From contig JALUUM010000020.1 in assembly GCA_027021365.1 (NCBI GenBank), positions 204,726-268,725 of the forward strand: a stretch of DNA of 64,000 bases, given 5' to 3'. Of this stretch, positions 1 to 9,781 are shown one piece after another; position 1 is the stretch's first letter; each line of letters starts with the position of its first letter. Below the pieces are notes generated by a model. The model saw only the letters and a list, made by a program, of their open reading frames with translations. It made no database searches and was not told the origin of the DNA. Both the position numbers and the translations under genes were made by a program. This stretch comes from Spirochaetales bacterium. GTDB lineage: Bacteria; Spirochaetota; Spirochaetia; SZUA-6.

Positions 1-690
1 GTGCTGGATGCAGATCTGGGGCTTGCCAATGTAAATGTCATTCTCGGCATAATTCCGCAGTACAACCTCTACCACCTGATAAAAAAACAGAAGAGAATGA
101 AGGACATAATAATAAATACTGAGTTTGGTATTCAGTTTATTGCGGGAGCCTCGGGATTTTCGAAGATTGCGAATCTTTCAGAGAGCGAGAGAAAGCATTT
201 CATCGACGAACTGTACGAGCTTTCCAATGCCGATATCATCATTGTAGATACCAGTGCCGGTGTTTCAGACAATGTACTGTCCTTTATTGCTGCCTCCGAT
301 GATGTGATAATAGTAACGACACCGGAACCGACGGCAATAACCGATGCCTATGGTATTATAAAGATAATCGCCACGGAAATCGACAATGTGGACCTAGATA
401 TAAAACTGATAATCAACAGGGTGAATTCTGTTGTAGAAGGAAGGAAGGTGGCAGAGAGAGTTATAAACATTGCCGGGCAATTCCTGAACCTGAAAGTCGA
501 TTATCTTGGTTTCGTATATGAGGATGCACTTGTACACAGTGCAGTACTTAAACAGAAACCCTTTATTGCCCTCGACCCGAGGGGGAAGGCATCGATATGC
601 GTAAAACATATAGTGAGCAGGCTTGAAAATATAGATTTCAAGGAGGGAAGAGGATTAGGGAATTTCTTTAAAAGACTCTTTGGTGGCTAA
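1..690 (+). CDS. flhG: FlhG/YlxH MinD-like flagellar number regulator ATPase; 5' end lies outside the window (Walker A not seen)
   Basis: MinD/ParA-type switch regions (IIIVDTSAG, VTTPEPTAITDAYG). C-terminal amphipathic helix GLGNFFKRLFGG resembles a MinD-type membrane targeting sequence. fliA lies downstream. Confidence 0.8.
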   Translation: MLDADLGLANVNVILGIIPQYNLYHLIKKQKRMKDIIINTEFGIQFIAGASGFSKIANLSESERKHFIDELYELSNADIIIVDTSAGVSDNVLSFIAASDDVIIVTTPEPTAITDAYGIIKIIATEIDNVDLDIKLIINRVNSVVEGRKVAERVINIAGQFLNLKVDYLGFVYEDALVHSAVLKQKPFIALDPRGKASICVKHIVSRLENIDFKEGRGLGNFFKRLFGG

Positions 691-741
691 ACATGCACGA
701 TCTTGACTCCAATAGTCTTTTAACCTAATCTTTATATTAAG

Positions 742-1416
742 ATGTTCAAGGAATGGAAATATCTGCTGATAATATTCCTTTTTGGATTTTTTCTCTCGTT
801 TCTGCTTGGCCTGATTGCAGGCAATCCGTTCTTCGTGATTCTCTATAAATCCATAATTTCAGGATTGCTTCTTGGCCTGATCGGTTTTGGAGCCAATATG
901 CTTTTAAGGAAATATTTTCCCGAATTATTTTCGAAAACGCAGTCCGAAGGAGAGGAGATTACGGCCGAACCGCTGGGCGAAGAAGTGGATATTGTATTGC
1001 CCGAAGAAAATCCCCATGAGATAACCGAGGAAGACATGGTAGAAGATGCGGAGCCTGTAGAGACGGTAACAGACAAGGAAACTATCACCGAACAAAAAGA
1101 AAAATCTGGTACCGGGCTTTCGGTTGAAGATACAGGTAGCGATGTAGGAATTGGTGCATTTTCTGAAGGAGAAGAAGGGGCAAAGGGTGGTGAGGAGGAT
1201 AAGGCCAGTATGGCAGGTGATGCGGCCGGCTTGGAAAGCGACGGTGATAATTTACCCGATTTTGATTCGATCGAGGTCGATGTTATGGATAATTTCAGTA
1301 GCGGAGATTCAGGAAGGAGTAAACCGGTGAAATCCGATGTTCTTGGGACCGACGTGGATCCTGAAACCTTGGCAAAGGCGGTAAGGTCATTCATGAAGAA
1401 AGATGAGGAAGGTTGA
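742..1416 (+). CDS. Hypothetical membrane protein: two N-terminal TM helices plus a long acidic (E/D/G-rich) tail, encoded between flhG and fliA
   Basis: Intact 224-aa ORF in operon context. The N-terminus is hydrophobic and the tail is low-complexity acidic. No family recognised. Confidence 0.55.
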   Translation: MFKEWKYLLIIFLFGFFLSFLLGLIAGNPFFVILYKSIISGLLLGLIGFGANMLLRKYFPELFSKTQSEGEEITAEPLGEEVDIVLPEENPHEITEEDMVEDAEPVETVTDKETITEQKEKSGTGLSVEDTGSDVGIGAFSEGEEGAKGGEEDKASMAGDAAGLESDGDNLPDFDSIEVDVMDNFSSGDSGRSKPVKSDVLGTDVDPETLAKAVRSFMKKDEEG

Positions 1417-2215
1417 AGTGGCAAAGAAAAAAGACAACTTCTTTGAAGGCAAGACCGAAGAGGAACTCTGGAAGATCTATCACAAGAAGAGAGACCCCAG
1501 AATACGTGATTACTTCGTTAAACAGTATGCTCCCCTTGTAAAATATGTAGCCGGCAAGGTAGCCATCGGAATGCCACACAATGTAGAGTTCGATGATCTT
1601 GTAGGGTTCGGTATATTCGGACTCTTCGATGCTATAGAAAAATTCGATCCGAACAAACATGTGAAATTCAAGACCTATGCTGTTACGAGGATAAGAGGTG
1701 CTATCTTCGATGAATTGCGCTCTATAGATTGGGTACCACGTTCAGTAAGACAAAAGACAAGGGAACTGGAAGAGACGGTTAGAGTGTTGGAGTCAAATCT
1801 CGGAAGGGCTGCTACCGATGAGGAAATAGCAAAAGCAATGGGAATATCTCTTTCAGAATTTCAGCAACTTACATTAAAAATAAGCGGCACTTCTATTCTC
1901 TCTCTCAATGATGTTTGGTATTCAGGTGAAGACAATGACAAGATATCCATAGCCGAGAGTATCGAGGCTCCTTCAAACCTCAATCCCGATACGATTGTGG
2001 AAAAGGATGAGATAAAAAGGGTCATAATAGAAGCTATAAATGAGCTGCCGGAAAAGGAGAAAAAAGTACTGATACTGTACTACTACGAGGATCTGACTCT
2101 GAAAGAAATCGGTCAGGTTCTCGAGGTGACAGAATCACGTATTTCACAGCTGCACACCAAGGCAATTATGCGCTTGAGGGCGAAACTTACTTCCTTGAGG
2201 AAGGGAATAGTATGA
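1403..2215 (+). CDS. fliA: Flagellar RNA polymerase sigma factor sigma-28 (FliA/WhiG/SigD family)
   Basis: Region 2 ([26 protein letters not shown]) and region 4 HTH ([29 protein letters not shown]). Sits directly after flhG. Confidence 0.85.
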   Translation: MRKVEVAKKKDNFFEGKTEEELWKIYHKKRDPRIRDYFVKQYAPLVKYVAGKVAIGMPHNVEFDDLVGFGIFGLFDAIEKFDPNKHVKFKTYAVTRIRGAIFDELRSIDWVPRSVRQKTRELEETVRVLESNLGRAATDEEIAKAMGISLSEFQQLTLKISGTSILSLNDVWYSGEDNDKISIAESIEAPSNLNPDTIVEKDEIKRVIIEAINELPEKEKKVLILYYYEDLTLKEIGQVLEVTESRISQLHTKAIMRLRAKLTSLRKGIV

Positions 2216-4155
2216 TAGGCCTGGAAGAAATCAAAGATTTCATGCAGAAAGAAGCTGAAAAGGACAGAAAGATCAGGTATGTAAAGGCAGAAGGTCTTAC
2301 AATCGAGGAAGCGCTTAAGCAAGCCTCGATCGAGCTTGGAATTCCAATTAGAAAGCTGGAGTATGAGGTTCTAGAGAGGGGCAGCAAGGGAGTCTTTGGA
2401 GTCGCAAAGAAGAATTGGAAACTTATCGTCTATGAAACACGTGAAAAAGAAGAGGAAAAGGTAAAAGAGGTATTCGAGGAAGATCTCGAGGAAATCACTG
2501 CGAAAAAGGTGGAAGAAGATAGGCCGGGAGAGGTTTTCGTCCGACTAACAAATGAGGGTGTTTTCTTGAAGGTTACAAAGCCAAAGGGAAGAGGATCGAA
2601 GGTAACGGAGAGGATGGCAATCGCCAAACTAACGGAAAGAGGGGTAACCGATTATGATGCCGGCCTTGTGGCAAAGGTAGTCAAGAGGGCAGATGGTGAA
2701 TATATAAGGGTTGGTGACTATCAGTACAATCCGGCCAACGATTCGATGATGACTGTTGAAATAACCGATCAGGATATGAAAGCCTACATGATAATCAGTC
2801 CTCCCGGTCCGGGCGGAGCGGATTTATCCTATGAAGACATGGTATCCTATTTGAACAGCAACGGTGTAGTACACGGGATAAAGGAGGATGTTTTAAGGCG
2901 TCTGGAGGATTATCCCGTTTATAACGAAGCCATTCTCGTGGCAGAGGGAACAAAACCTCAGAATGGAAGAGATGCAAGGATAATATACAATTTCAGAACT
3001 GATCACTCCCAGATAGAATTGAAAGAGAAGAACGGGCGAGTGGATTTCAAAGAACTGGATCTGGTAGAAAATGTTGTAGCAGGTCAGTTGCTGGCAAAGA
3101 AGATACCACCGGAAGATGGGATAAACGGCAAGACGGTAACCGGGATGGTGTTGCCTGCAAAACCGGGAAACGATGTGGAATTGCAGGTCGGAAAGAACGT
3201 GAAGTTGTCAGAGGATGGACTTACCGCTGTTTCGGAGATAAACGGCCAGGTTCTTCTGTTGAACGGAAAGATAAATGTTGAACCGGTATATACCGTTCAG
3301 GGGGATGTAGATCTTCATACGGGAAATATACTGTTCCTTGGAACTGTTGTCGTAAAGGGTAATGTTGAAGACGGTTTCTCCGTAAAGGCGGCAGGCAATA
3401 TAGAGGTGTTGGGAAGTGTAGGCAAGGCAGTTCTCGATGCAGAGGGAGATATCATTGTTCACCAGGGTATATTGGGTAAAACAGGTGGACAAATAAGGAG
3501 CGGAATGAGTGTATTTGCGAAATTTATTGAACATGCCATAGTGGATTCGGGTGAGTATGTGGTTGCCAGTGATGGCATAATACACTCACAGGTAGTTGCC
3601 AACAAGAAGGTGATATGCCAAGGCAAGAGAGCGGCAATAGTGGGCGGAAGAATCCAGGCAGCAGAAGAGATAAATGCCAAGACTCTCGGGTCTGTAGCGG
3701 GAACAGAGACCGTGCTGGAGGTTGGTTACGACCCAAGAAGCAAGGAAAAATTGACCAAACTGGAAGAAAAACGGAGCGATTTCGAAAAGAAACTGGAAGA
3801 GGTGGAGAAGAATCTCAGTACCCTGGAAAAACTGGCAAAGATTCAAAGGAAATTACCGGAGGAAAAGAAAAAGTATATTGTTGAATTGAATGAGTCCAGG
3901 TCACAGATACTTTCTGAGCTGGAGAATGTGAACCGAGAGATTGGAAGTATCAACTCTTACCTGGAATCCTTGAAACTTGTAGGCAAGATCTCGGCATCTG
4001 GGAGGGTATACCCCGGGGTCAAAATATTTATAAAGAATGCCTCTCTTGTTGTACGCACAGAGTTCAAATATGTTACCTTTTATCTGCAGGCAAACGAAGT
4101 TAAGGTAACAAAGTACGAGGAAGTAGAGGAAGATGAGGTTATAAGGAGGGTTTAA
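2212..4155 (+). CDS. FapA/DUF342 family protein with a Jag_N(KhpB_N)-like N-terminal domain and a C-terminal coiled coil
   Basis: Central beta-helix-like repeats ([31 protein letters not shown]..) are typical of DUF342. The N-terminus ([40 protein letters not shown]) is Jag_N-like. The start overlaps the fliA stop as ATGA. Confidence 0.7.
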   Translation: MIGLEEIKDFMQKEAEKDRKIRYVKAEGLTIEEALKQASIELGIPIRKLEYEVLERGSKGVFGVAKKNWKLIVYETREKEEEKVKEVFEEDLEEITAKKVEEDRPGEVFVRLTNEGVFLKVTKPKGRGSKVTERMAIAKLTERGVTDYDAGLVAKVVKRADGEYIRVGDYQYNPANDSMMTVEITDQDMKAYMIISPPGPGGADLSYEDMVSYLNSNGVVHGIKEDVLRRLEDYPVYNEAILVAEGTKPQNGRDARIIYNFRTDHSQIELKEKNGRVDFKELDLVENVVAGQLLAKKIPPEDGINGKTVTGMVLPAKPGNDVELQVGKNVKLSEDGLTAVSEINGQVLLLNGKINVEPVYTVQGDVDLHTGNILFLGTVVVKGNVEDGFSVKAAGNIEVLGSVGKAVLDAEGDIIVHQGILGKTGGQIRSGMSVFAKFIEHAIVDSGEYVVASDGIIHSQVVANKKVICQGKRAAIVGGRIQAAEEINAKTLGSVAGTETVLEVGYDPRSKEKLTKLEEKRSDFEKKLEEVEKNLSTLEKLAKIQRKLPEEKKKYIVELNESRSQILSELENVNREIGSINSYLESLKLVGKISASGRVYPGVKIFIKNASLVVRTEFKYVTFYLQANEVKVTKYEEVEEDEVIRRV

Positions 4156-4485
4156 ATGCCTCTTTTACCGATTGATTTACAGACTCTGTTTGCCCAGATG
4201 GACAGGGTGGGAAAAGAACAAGCCATTCAGAAAGAGATTTCTCCGCAACACCAGTCGCTTCAGGGAACAGAAATAGTGAAGAAGAGTGAAGAGAAGGATA
4301 AGACGGTAAATGAGACGAAGGAAGTTGGAGAGGGTGTCGAGAAAGTAAAGGAAGAAGAGAAAAAAGAGAAGAGGGAGATGAAGAAGAAGGAAGGGAAGGA
4401 TAGAAAAACGGGGAAAAACAGAGGAGCTGAAGAAGAAATATTTTCAGACCCTGATCTTGGTAAACATATCGATTTGATAGGATGA
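4156..4485 (+). CDS. Hypothetical K/E-rich 109-aa protein
   Basis: The ORF starts on the nucleotide after the fapA stop. Charged low-complexity core with conserved-looking termini. No family recognised. Confidence 0.45.
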   Translation: MPLLPIDLQTLFAQMDRVGKEQAIQKEISPQHQSLQGTEIVKKSEEKDKTVNETKEVGEGVEKVKEEEKKEKREMKKKEGKDRKTGKNRGAEEEIFSDPDLGKHIDLIG

Positions 4486-4491
4486 GGAACC

Positions 4492-4965
4492 ATGAATAGG
4501 GGCTATGTATTGATCTTTACACTTAATTTGATTCTGATCCTCATTGTTTTTTTTTATTTCAAGAGGAAGGTCATCGAGTTGAAGGATTCGAGAAATTTTC
4601 TAAAAGAAGTACGTGACGAGGTGGATAGAATAATCGTTGAGCTAAATCAAACCACGGCCCAGAATATTGCGCTGATTGAAGAGAGGATAAATACATTAAA
4701 GAGGGAAACGGAAAGGGCAGAGAGAGTGATAAGCCTTATTAGCAGGGAAAGGGGGCGCAGGAATACGGCTGCCAGTGGATATGAGAAGATAATGAAAAAA
4801 AGCCAATCCGGCAAAGGGCATGTTGAACTGCCGAAGGAAGAGGATATCAACGAAAAAGTGCTCAAACTCTACAACTCCGGACTTTCCGAAACATTGATAG
4901 CCAAGGAGGTAGGCTTGCCGGTAGGAGAGATTCAGCTTATCGTTTCTTTGAATAAGAGGAGATGA
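4492..4965 (+). CDS. Single-pass membrane protein with coiled coil and short C-terminal HTH-like motif; architecture resembles B. subtilis SwrB (YlxL)
   Basis: N-terminal TM (VLIFTLNLILILIVFFYF), a heptad-rich middle, and a C-terminal KVLKLYNSGLSETLIAKEVGLPVGEIQLIVSL. Located in a fla/che operon near the sigma-28 gene, as swrB is. Confidence 0.5.
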   Translation: MNRGYVLIFTLNLILILIVFFYFKRKVIELKDSRNFLKEVRDEVDRIIVELNQTTAQNIALIEERINTLKRETERAERVISLISRERGRRNTAASGYEKIMKKSQSGKGHVELPKEEDINEKVLKLYNSGLSETLIAKEVGLPVGEIQLIVSLNKRR

Positions 4966-4969
4966 GGTA

Positions 4970-5413
4970 ATGAAGAGTAGTTATGTGCTTTTTTCTCTCG
5001 GAAAGGTCAAGTATGCCTTACGATTGGAGGAAGTCGTACAGATAGTGAAGAACGAGAACATTCTCGATGTTCCAAAGGCATCGCGCTACGTAATTGGTGT
5101 CATGAATCTGAGGGGCGAGGTTTTTCCTGTAATAGATCTGCGTCAACGATTCGGCCTTGTAGCGGAGAAGGAAGACAGGAAAAAAAGAATAATTGTTGTA
5201 AAGGTCTTGAATCGTACCTTTGGGATACTTGTCGATGATGTGCGTGAAATCGTAGAAATCGAAGACGAAAAGATTGAAAGAAGTGTGAGTTCCATATACG
5301 GCCTTAAAGAGTCGATGATAGATGGTCTAGTTAAAGAGGGAAATGAATTGATTATCCTGTTGAATATCAAAGAGGTAATTGAATCACAGGAAGAAGTGAA
5401 AGTAGCGAAATAG
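4970..5413 (+). CDS. cheW: Chemotaxis coupling protein CheW
   Basis: CheW-domain length and motifs (VIGVMNLRGEVFPVIDLRQRFG). Immediately upstream of cheA. Confidence 0.85.
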   Translation: MKSSYVLFSLGKVKYALRLEEVVQIVKNENILDVPKASRYVIGVMNLRGEVFPVIDLRQRFGLVAEKEDRKKRIIVVKVLNRTFGILVDDVREIVEIEDEKIERSVSSIYGLKESMIDGLVKEGNELIILLNIKEVIESQEEVKVAK

Positions 5414-5425
5414 GAAAAGGGAAGA

Positions 5426-7450
5426 ATGGCTGTATCCGGTATCGATAGCAATAAACTGCGAAGAGCCTTTATCGAAGAAGCAGAAGAGCTCCTTGAAAAG
5501 CTTGATTCTGATCTGCTCGAACTTGAAAATAACCCCGAGGACAAGGATCTGATTAACGAGATATTCCGGGTTATGCATTCACTCAAATCGGAATCGGCTG
5601 TTGTAGGATTTTCATCTCTCAGCAATCTTGCACACAAGCTGGAGGATGTATTCGAAAAACTGCGTTCCGGTGAAATGTCTCTCGAACAGTCCAAGATGGA
5701 TCTCATCCTCGGAGCTGTTGATGCCGTTCATGAGATGATAGCCAGTATAGCTAAGGGTGGTCATGGAGAAGAGATTGATATTACTGAGATACTCGATGAG
5801 CTGAAGTTACTCTGCGGAGAGACTGTTACCTCCAGACTGGAAAGCAAGACGCTGGGTGAAACGAAAAAAAAGCAGATTGCAATCGAAAAGATATGGGAAT
5901 TTTCTGAATTCGAGTTGAACCAGCTAAAGGAGGCCATGGAGAGGAACGAGAGATTTTACAGGCTTACCTGTACTGTTGATCCTGAATCACCGATGAAATA
6001 TGCAAGGGCCTTTCTCGTCTTTACCAATCTCGAACAGGTTGTGAATGTGATAAAAACTATTCCGCCTTTTGACAGAGAGGTGGAAGAGGACGATTCTTAC
6101 GGAGAACTCGTTGTTTATCTTACGACCAGCGGAGATGACAGGGATATTTACAGGGCAACAGAGGTTGATGAAATACAGAAGGTCGAACTGATAAAGCTCT
6201 CCTATGATGACTTTCTTAAGGGAGGGGATGTCAAGAGAGAGATTAGAGAGACTGCGGAGAAAAAGGCGAAACCCCGTCGTATAGAAAAATCCTCGATAAG
6301 AATAGAGACAAGGAAGATAGACGAATTATGGCGGCTTGTTGGTGAGCTGGTGATAAACAAGTCACAGATAGAGAAGTTAATGAAGAATGTATTGAGTAAT
6401 GGCATGGCCGGAGAGCTGGGTGAATACATCGAATCTGCAATAGACTCCCTTGATAAGATTTCAGAGGGAATACAACAGGCAATCATGGAAACCCGAATGG
6501 TACCAATTGCTGTCATCTTCAACAAGTTGCCACGTCTGGTGCGGGATCTTTCCAGAAAGCTCGGTAAACAGGTCAAACTTGAAGTTTCAGGGGAAGAGAC
6601 GGAAATTGATCGAAGTATTGTCGAAGCGCTTTCAGAACCAATTACCCATCTGATAAGAAATGCTCTGGACCATGGAATTGAATACCCTGAGGAACGTATA
6701 GCCCGAGGTAAGGCGGTAGAAGGAATCATCAAGGTTTCAGCTTATCAAGAGGGAGGGAATATCATTCTCCAGATCGAGGATGATGGAAAGGGTTTCGATA
6801 CGGAGAGGATAAGGGAAGTTGCCATGGCTAAGGGCATGATAGGTGAAGAAGAGATAAGTGAAAATGAACTCTTGAAGGTTGTTTTCAATCCCGGGTTCAG
6901 CACCAAGGAAGAGATTACGGAACTATCCGGCAGAGGGGTCGGAATGGATGTAGTTGCGAACAAGATAAAGGAACAGTTGAAAGGTGATGTAAATCTTCAT
7001 ACGGTTAAGGGCAGAGGTACGCGGATAACGATAATGCTTCCGCTTACACTTACGATACTTCAAGCGGTGATAGTGGAATCGGGGGGAAAATACTATGCAA
7101 TTCCCGTTAGGAGAACCGAAGAAACTGTGGAGATTGTGAATACCGAATTAATCTATGAAGCGGAGAAGACACTGTACAACTACAGGGGAAAGAATATTCC
7201 TGTAATATATTTCGATAAGCTGCTTGGTAAACGGGCCGGGAAAAGCGAAGATAATTACGGGGTAATCATAAGCCATGGAAACAGGATTGCCTGTCTTATC
7301 GTGGACAGGTTGATCGAGGAACAGGATATAGTGATAAAACCAATCGATGATATACTCAATGAGAATCATATTTTTTCGGGGGTTTCCATTCTTGGTGACG
7401 GGAAAATCGTTTACATTCTCGATACTTCGACTATACTTGAATTGTCATAG
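5426..7450 (+). CDS. cheA: Chemotaxis histidine kinase CheA
   Basis: HPt domain (FRVMHSLKSESA), dimerisation domain, HATPase N/G boxes (HLIRNALDHG, DDGKGF, GRGVGMDVV) and a C-terminal CheW-like domain. Confidence 0.92.
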   Translation: MAVSGIDSNKLRRAFIEEAEELLEKLDSDLLELENNPEDKDLINEIFRVMHSLKSESAVVGFSSLSNLAHKLEDVFEKLRSGEMSLEQSKMDLILGAVDAVHEMIASIAKGGHGEEIDITEILDELKLLCGETVTSRLESKTLGETKKKQIAIEKIWEFSEFELNQLKEAMERNERFYRLTCTVDPESPMKYARAFLVFTNLEQVVNVIKTIPPFDREVEEDDSYGELVVYLTTSGDDRDIYRATEVDEIQKVELIKLSYDDFLKGGDVKREIRETAEKKAKPRRIEKSSIRIETRKIDELWRLVGELVINKSQIEKLMKNVLSNGMAGELGEYIESAIDSLDKISEGIQQAIMETRMVPIAVIFNKLPRLVRDLSRKLGKQVKLEVSGEETEIDRSIVEALSEPITHLIRNALDHGIEYPEERIARGKAVEGIIKVSAYQEGGNIILQIEDDGKGFDTERIREVAMAKGMIGEEEISENELLKVVFNPGFSTKEEITELSGRGVGMDVVANKIKEQLKGDVNLHTVKGRGTRITIMLPLTLTILQAVIVESGGKYYAIPVRRTEETVEIVNTELIYEAEKTLYNYRGKNIPVIYFDKLLGKRAGKSEDNYGVIISHGNRIACLIVDRLIEEQDIVIKPIDDILNENHIFSGVSILGDGKIVYILDTSTILELS

Positions 7451-7465
7451 TATTAGGGGGCGAAA

Positions 7466-7831
7466 ATGGCTGTCAAGATTCTGTTAGCGGATGATTTGTC
7501 CTTCATGAGGATGATTCAAAAGGAGATTCTTTCACAGAGGGGATATACGGTGATAGGAGAAGCTTCGGATGGCATAGAGGCAGTACAAAAATATGCGGAA
7601 TTGAGGCCTGATGTCGTAGTTCTCGATATAACCATGCCAAACATGAACGGCCTGGAAGCCATGAAGAAGATATTGAAGATAGATCCAGAGGCGAGAATTA
7701 TCATATGTTCAGCCCTGGGTCAGCAGAAGCTCATCGTAGAGGCAATTCAGGCAGGAGTCAAGGACTTTATAGTAAAGCCCTTCAAACCCGAGCGTATGTT
7801 TTCAGCTATCGAAAAAGCGATGAAGAATTAA
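7466..7831 (+). CDS. cheY: CheY-like single-domain response regulator
   Basis: 121-aa receiver domain with acidic pocket (ADD), phospho-acceptor (VVLDITMPNMNG) and K in VKPF. Last gene of the che cluster. Confidence 0.88.
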   Translation: MAVKILLADDLSFMRMIQKEILSQRGYTVIGEASDGIEAVQKYAELRPDVVVLDITMPNMNGLEAMKKILKIDPEARIIICSALGQQKLIVEAIQAGVKDFIVKPFKPERMFSAIEKAMKN

Positions 7832-7833
7832 AA

Positions 7834-7874
7834 AAAACGGTATGCCTGGACGTCGTATGACAGCATACCGTTTT
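7834..7874. terminator. Bidirectional intrinsic terminator between convergent cheY and the DUF115 gene
   Basis: AAAACGGTATGC (7834-7845) pairs with GCATACCGTTTT (7863-7874). An A-run precedes the stem and a T-run follows it. Confidence 0.7.
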
Positions 7875-7947
7875 CCCAGAGGGGTGCACCATTTCTAGTT
7901 TTCCCTCATATATAGATTCGGAATATTGGGAAATAACTTTAAGGAAA

Positions 7948-7967
7948 TTAGTACTGATTAGTACTGA
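7948..7967. repeat. Perfect 10-bp tandem duplication (TTAGTACTGA x2) spanning the stop codon of the DUF115 gene
   Basis: Read directly: 7948-7957 equals 7958-7967. Confidence 0.9.
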
Positions 7968-9781
7968 TCAGTTTTCATCATGACTTTCAACAGGTTTATG
8001 TGATAGTAGGCAGCTCTTTTGATTGACGAATAGAGAAGCCTGCTGTTTTCCACAGCCATTTGAGGATCTGAGCTGTTGTAACCTCTTGTAACTTTCCGGG
8101 ATATTTCCTGCACGAGAAAGCCGGCTATGTCTCTTGTGTGCATTTTCATTATTGCTTGATCTACCTTCTCCAGGCTCTCAAGAACCGGACGAATATCACC
8201 GCCCCTTTCAAGTTCTTCACGTAAGAAACCGGCATACTCTTCACCCTTCTCTGCAAGCGAAAATAGCTCTTCGAGTTCGAAAAGGAGATTGCGAAAAGCT
8301 TTTTCGAAAAATTCATCACTGGGGATACATGTTGCTTCATCGAAGAGCATTTCCACATCTTTGAGCAACCTATCTATCAATTCTCTCCTCTCCGGAAAGA
8401 CAGAGAGCATTTTATGGTTTGCATGTTCTATTCCCGGAATCTTCAATGAAAACTCAGAAAGGTTGAAAGTCTTGATACCCCTGTGAATCACTGTCTGGCT
8501 CTCGAACCAGTTTTTGTAGATGACCATTCGTTCATCTGTTACCAGGCTCTCTCCGTTGTAGGAAATGTCATAGAATGGATTTCCAGACATCAAAGAATCG
8601 AAGGATGCAGTTTCCGCCGGAGCCAGCTTGCAAGAGCCAAGGTGCCAGAGTTCTTCCAGGGAGGTGCCCTTACAGTGAATCTGTTTCCGTGGAAATCCAA
8701 GGTCCACTCCCAGGAGGAATATTTCTTTGCTGCCGATATGACGGGCAAAATCCCATGCAGTAGTCGTTACAGAACCGCCTGCGCCGAGAGTCCCCTTTTC
8801 CCCGATTATTTCTTCGAAGTATTTCCCCAGCGGGAAAAAGGAGCCTATCCAGAACCCCCTAGTATCGATGAGTCTGAAGTTTCTGGGATGTGTTGCAGGT
8901 TCTGCAACGAAGAGTGAATCTGTTGTCTTGATCCTCTCGAGGTATTTCGTATTCCAGTACTGGGGGTCGACGATGACCATGAAATCAGGTGAAATACCGG
9001 CTTCTGCAAGTGGTTTCATGGCGGTGTCCACCGCGATAAGAATCATTTTTTTTCTCAATTCTGGCAGTTCCTTCAGAAAGAGGTCGAGTGTTGGCCCGGC
9101 TCCTATCACCAGAGAGGGAATACCCTTGAATCTGTCTTTCAACGAAGTGATACCCGGATATTTTGCAAGGAGATAGAGATTTTTCATCAGGTTCCTTATC
9201 CATATCCTGCCGAACCTTTTCATTGTGTTAGTATTTATGCTTTTCCTTCTGAGGTAACGATTTATTATGTCTTCTATCTTCCTGTAGTACTCGATATCCT
9301 TGTGATAGAGAGCGCGGTTTCTGATTATCTTGATTCTTTCCGCCCGCAACCCCTCCATTATTTCGAGGATTTCATCCGGCCTGTTACCGAAGGCGAATAG
9401 CAGTTCCTCACGACCTAGAAAGTGAGACATATCCCTTGATCGGAGGGCCTTCAAGAATAAGCCTATATCAGGTTCCACTACCAGTATCTTGAGGCCTTGT
9501 TTTTTTTCAAGGCATGCCTCAACGGTGTAGCCGAGAGCAAAACCTAGAAATACAACTATATCTATTTCCTCTTCGAGAAGGCCGTCGACTAACTGTTTTG
9601 CCTCTCTCATGGGATCATATCTGCTGTGTATGTATATACCTCTGTACAATCCCGTGGGATTGCCCGACCTAGTGGAAACAATTTCAAGCTCACCTGACGG
9701 AACAACCCTGTGAACCAGGCTTTTGATCAGTTCTTTATTCTTACCCAACAGAGAGTTCAGATTTTCTTGTAGCATACTCAT
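7958..9781 (-). CDS. DUF115 / MptE-like (motility accessory factor, Maf-type) protein, putative glycosyltransferase
   Basis: Motifs VIGAGPTLD, IAVDTAMKPL..GISPDFMVIVDPQ and GGSVTTTAWDFA..FLLGVDLGF fit the MAF_flag10/DUF115 fold. ATGA overlap with the upstream PBP gene. Confidence 0.65.
   Translation of the reverse strand: MSMLQENLNSLLGKNKELIKSLVHRVVPSGELEIVSTRSGNPTGLYRGIYIHSRYDPMREAKQLVDGLLEEEIDIVVFLGFALGYTVEACLEKKQGLKILVVEPDIGLFLKALRSRDMSHFLGREELLFAFGNRPDEILEIMEGLRAERIKIIRNRALYHKDIEYYRKIEDIINRYLRRKSINTNTMKRFGRIWIRNLMKNLYLLAKYPGITSLKDRFKGIPSLVIGAGPTLDLFLKELPELRKKMILIAVDTAMKPLAEAGISPDFMVIVDPQYWNTKYLERIKTTDSLFVAEPATHPRNFRLIDTRGFWIGSFFPLGKYFEEIIGEKGTLGAGGSVTTTAWDFARHIGSKEIFLLGVDLGFPRKQIHCKGTSLEELWHLGSCKLAPAETASFDSLMSGNPFYDISYNGESLVTDERMVIYKNWFESQTVIHRGIKTFNLSEFSLKIPGIEHANHKMLSVFPERRELIDRLLKDVEMLFDEATCIPSDEFFEKAFRNLLFELEELFSLAEKGEEYAGFLREELERGGDIRPVLESLEKVDQAIMKMHTRDIAGFLVQEISRKVTRGYNSSDPQMAVENSRLLYSSIKRAAYYHINLLKVMMKTDQY

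Noticed and set aside
843-1424. 193-aa minus-strand ORF opposite the acidic membrane protein gene
   Set aside because: It is the Ser/Pro-rich mirror of an acidic low-complexity region. The plus-strand ORF fits the operon, with spacing and overlap to fliA.
5143-5706. 187-aa minus-strand ORF spanning the cheW/cheA junction
   Set aside because: It is antisense to two strongly supported che genes. The Ser-rich low-complexity translation is the mirror of Glu/Asp-rich sense codons.
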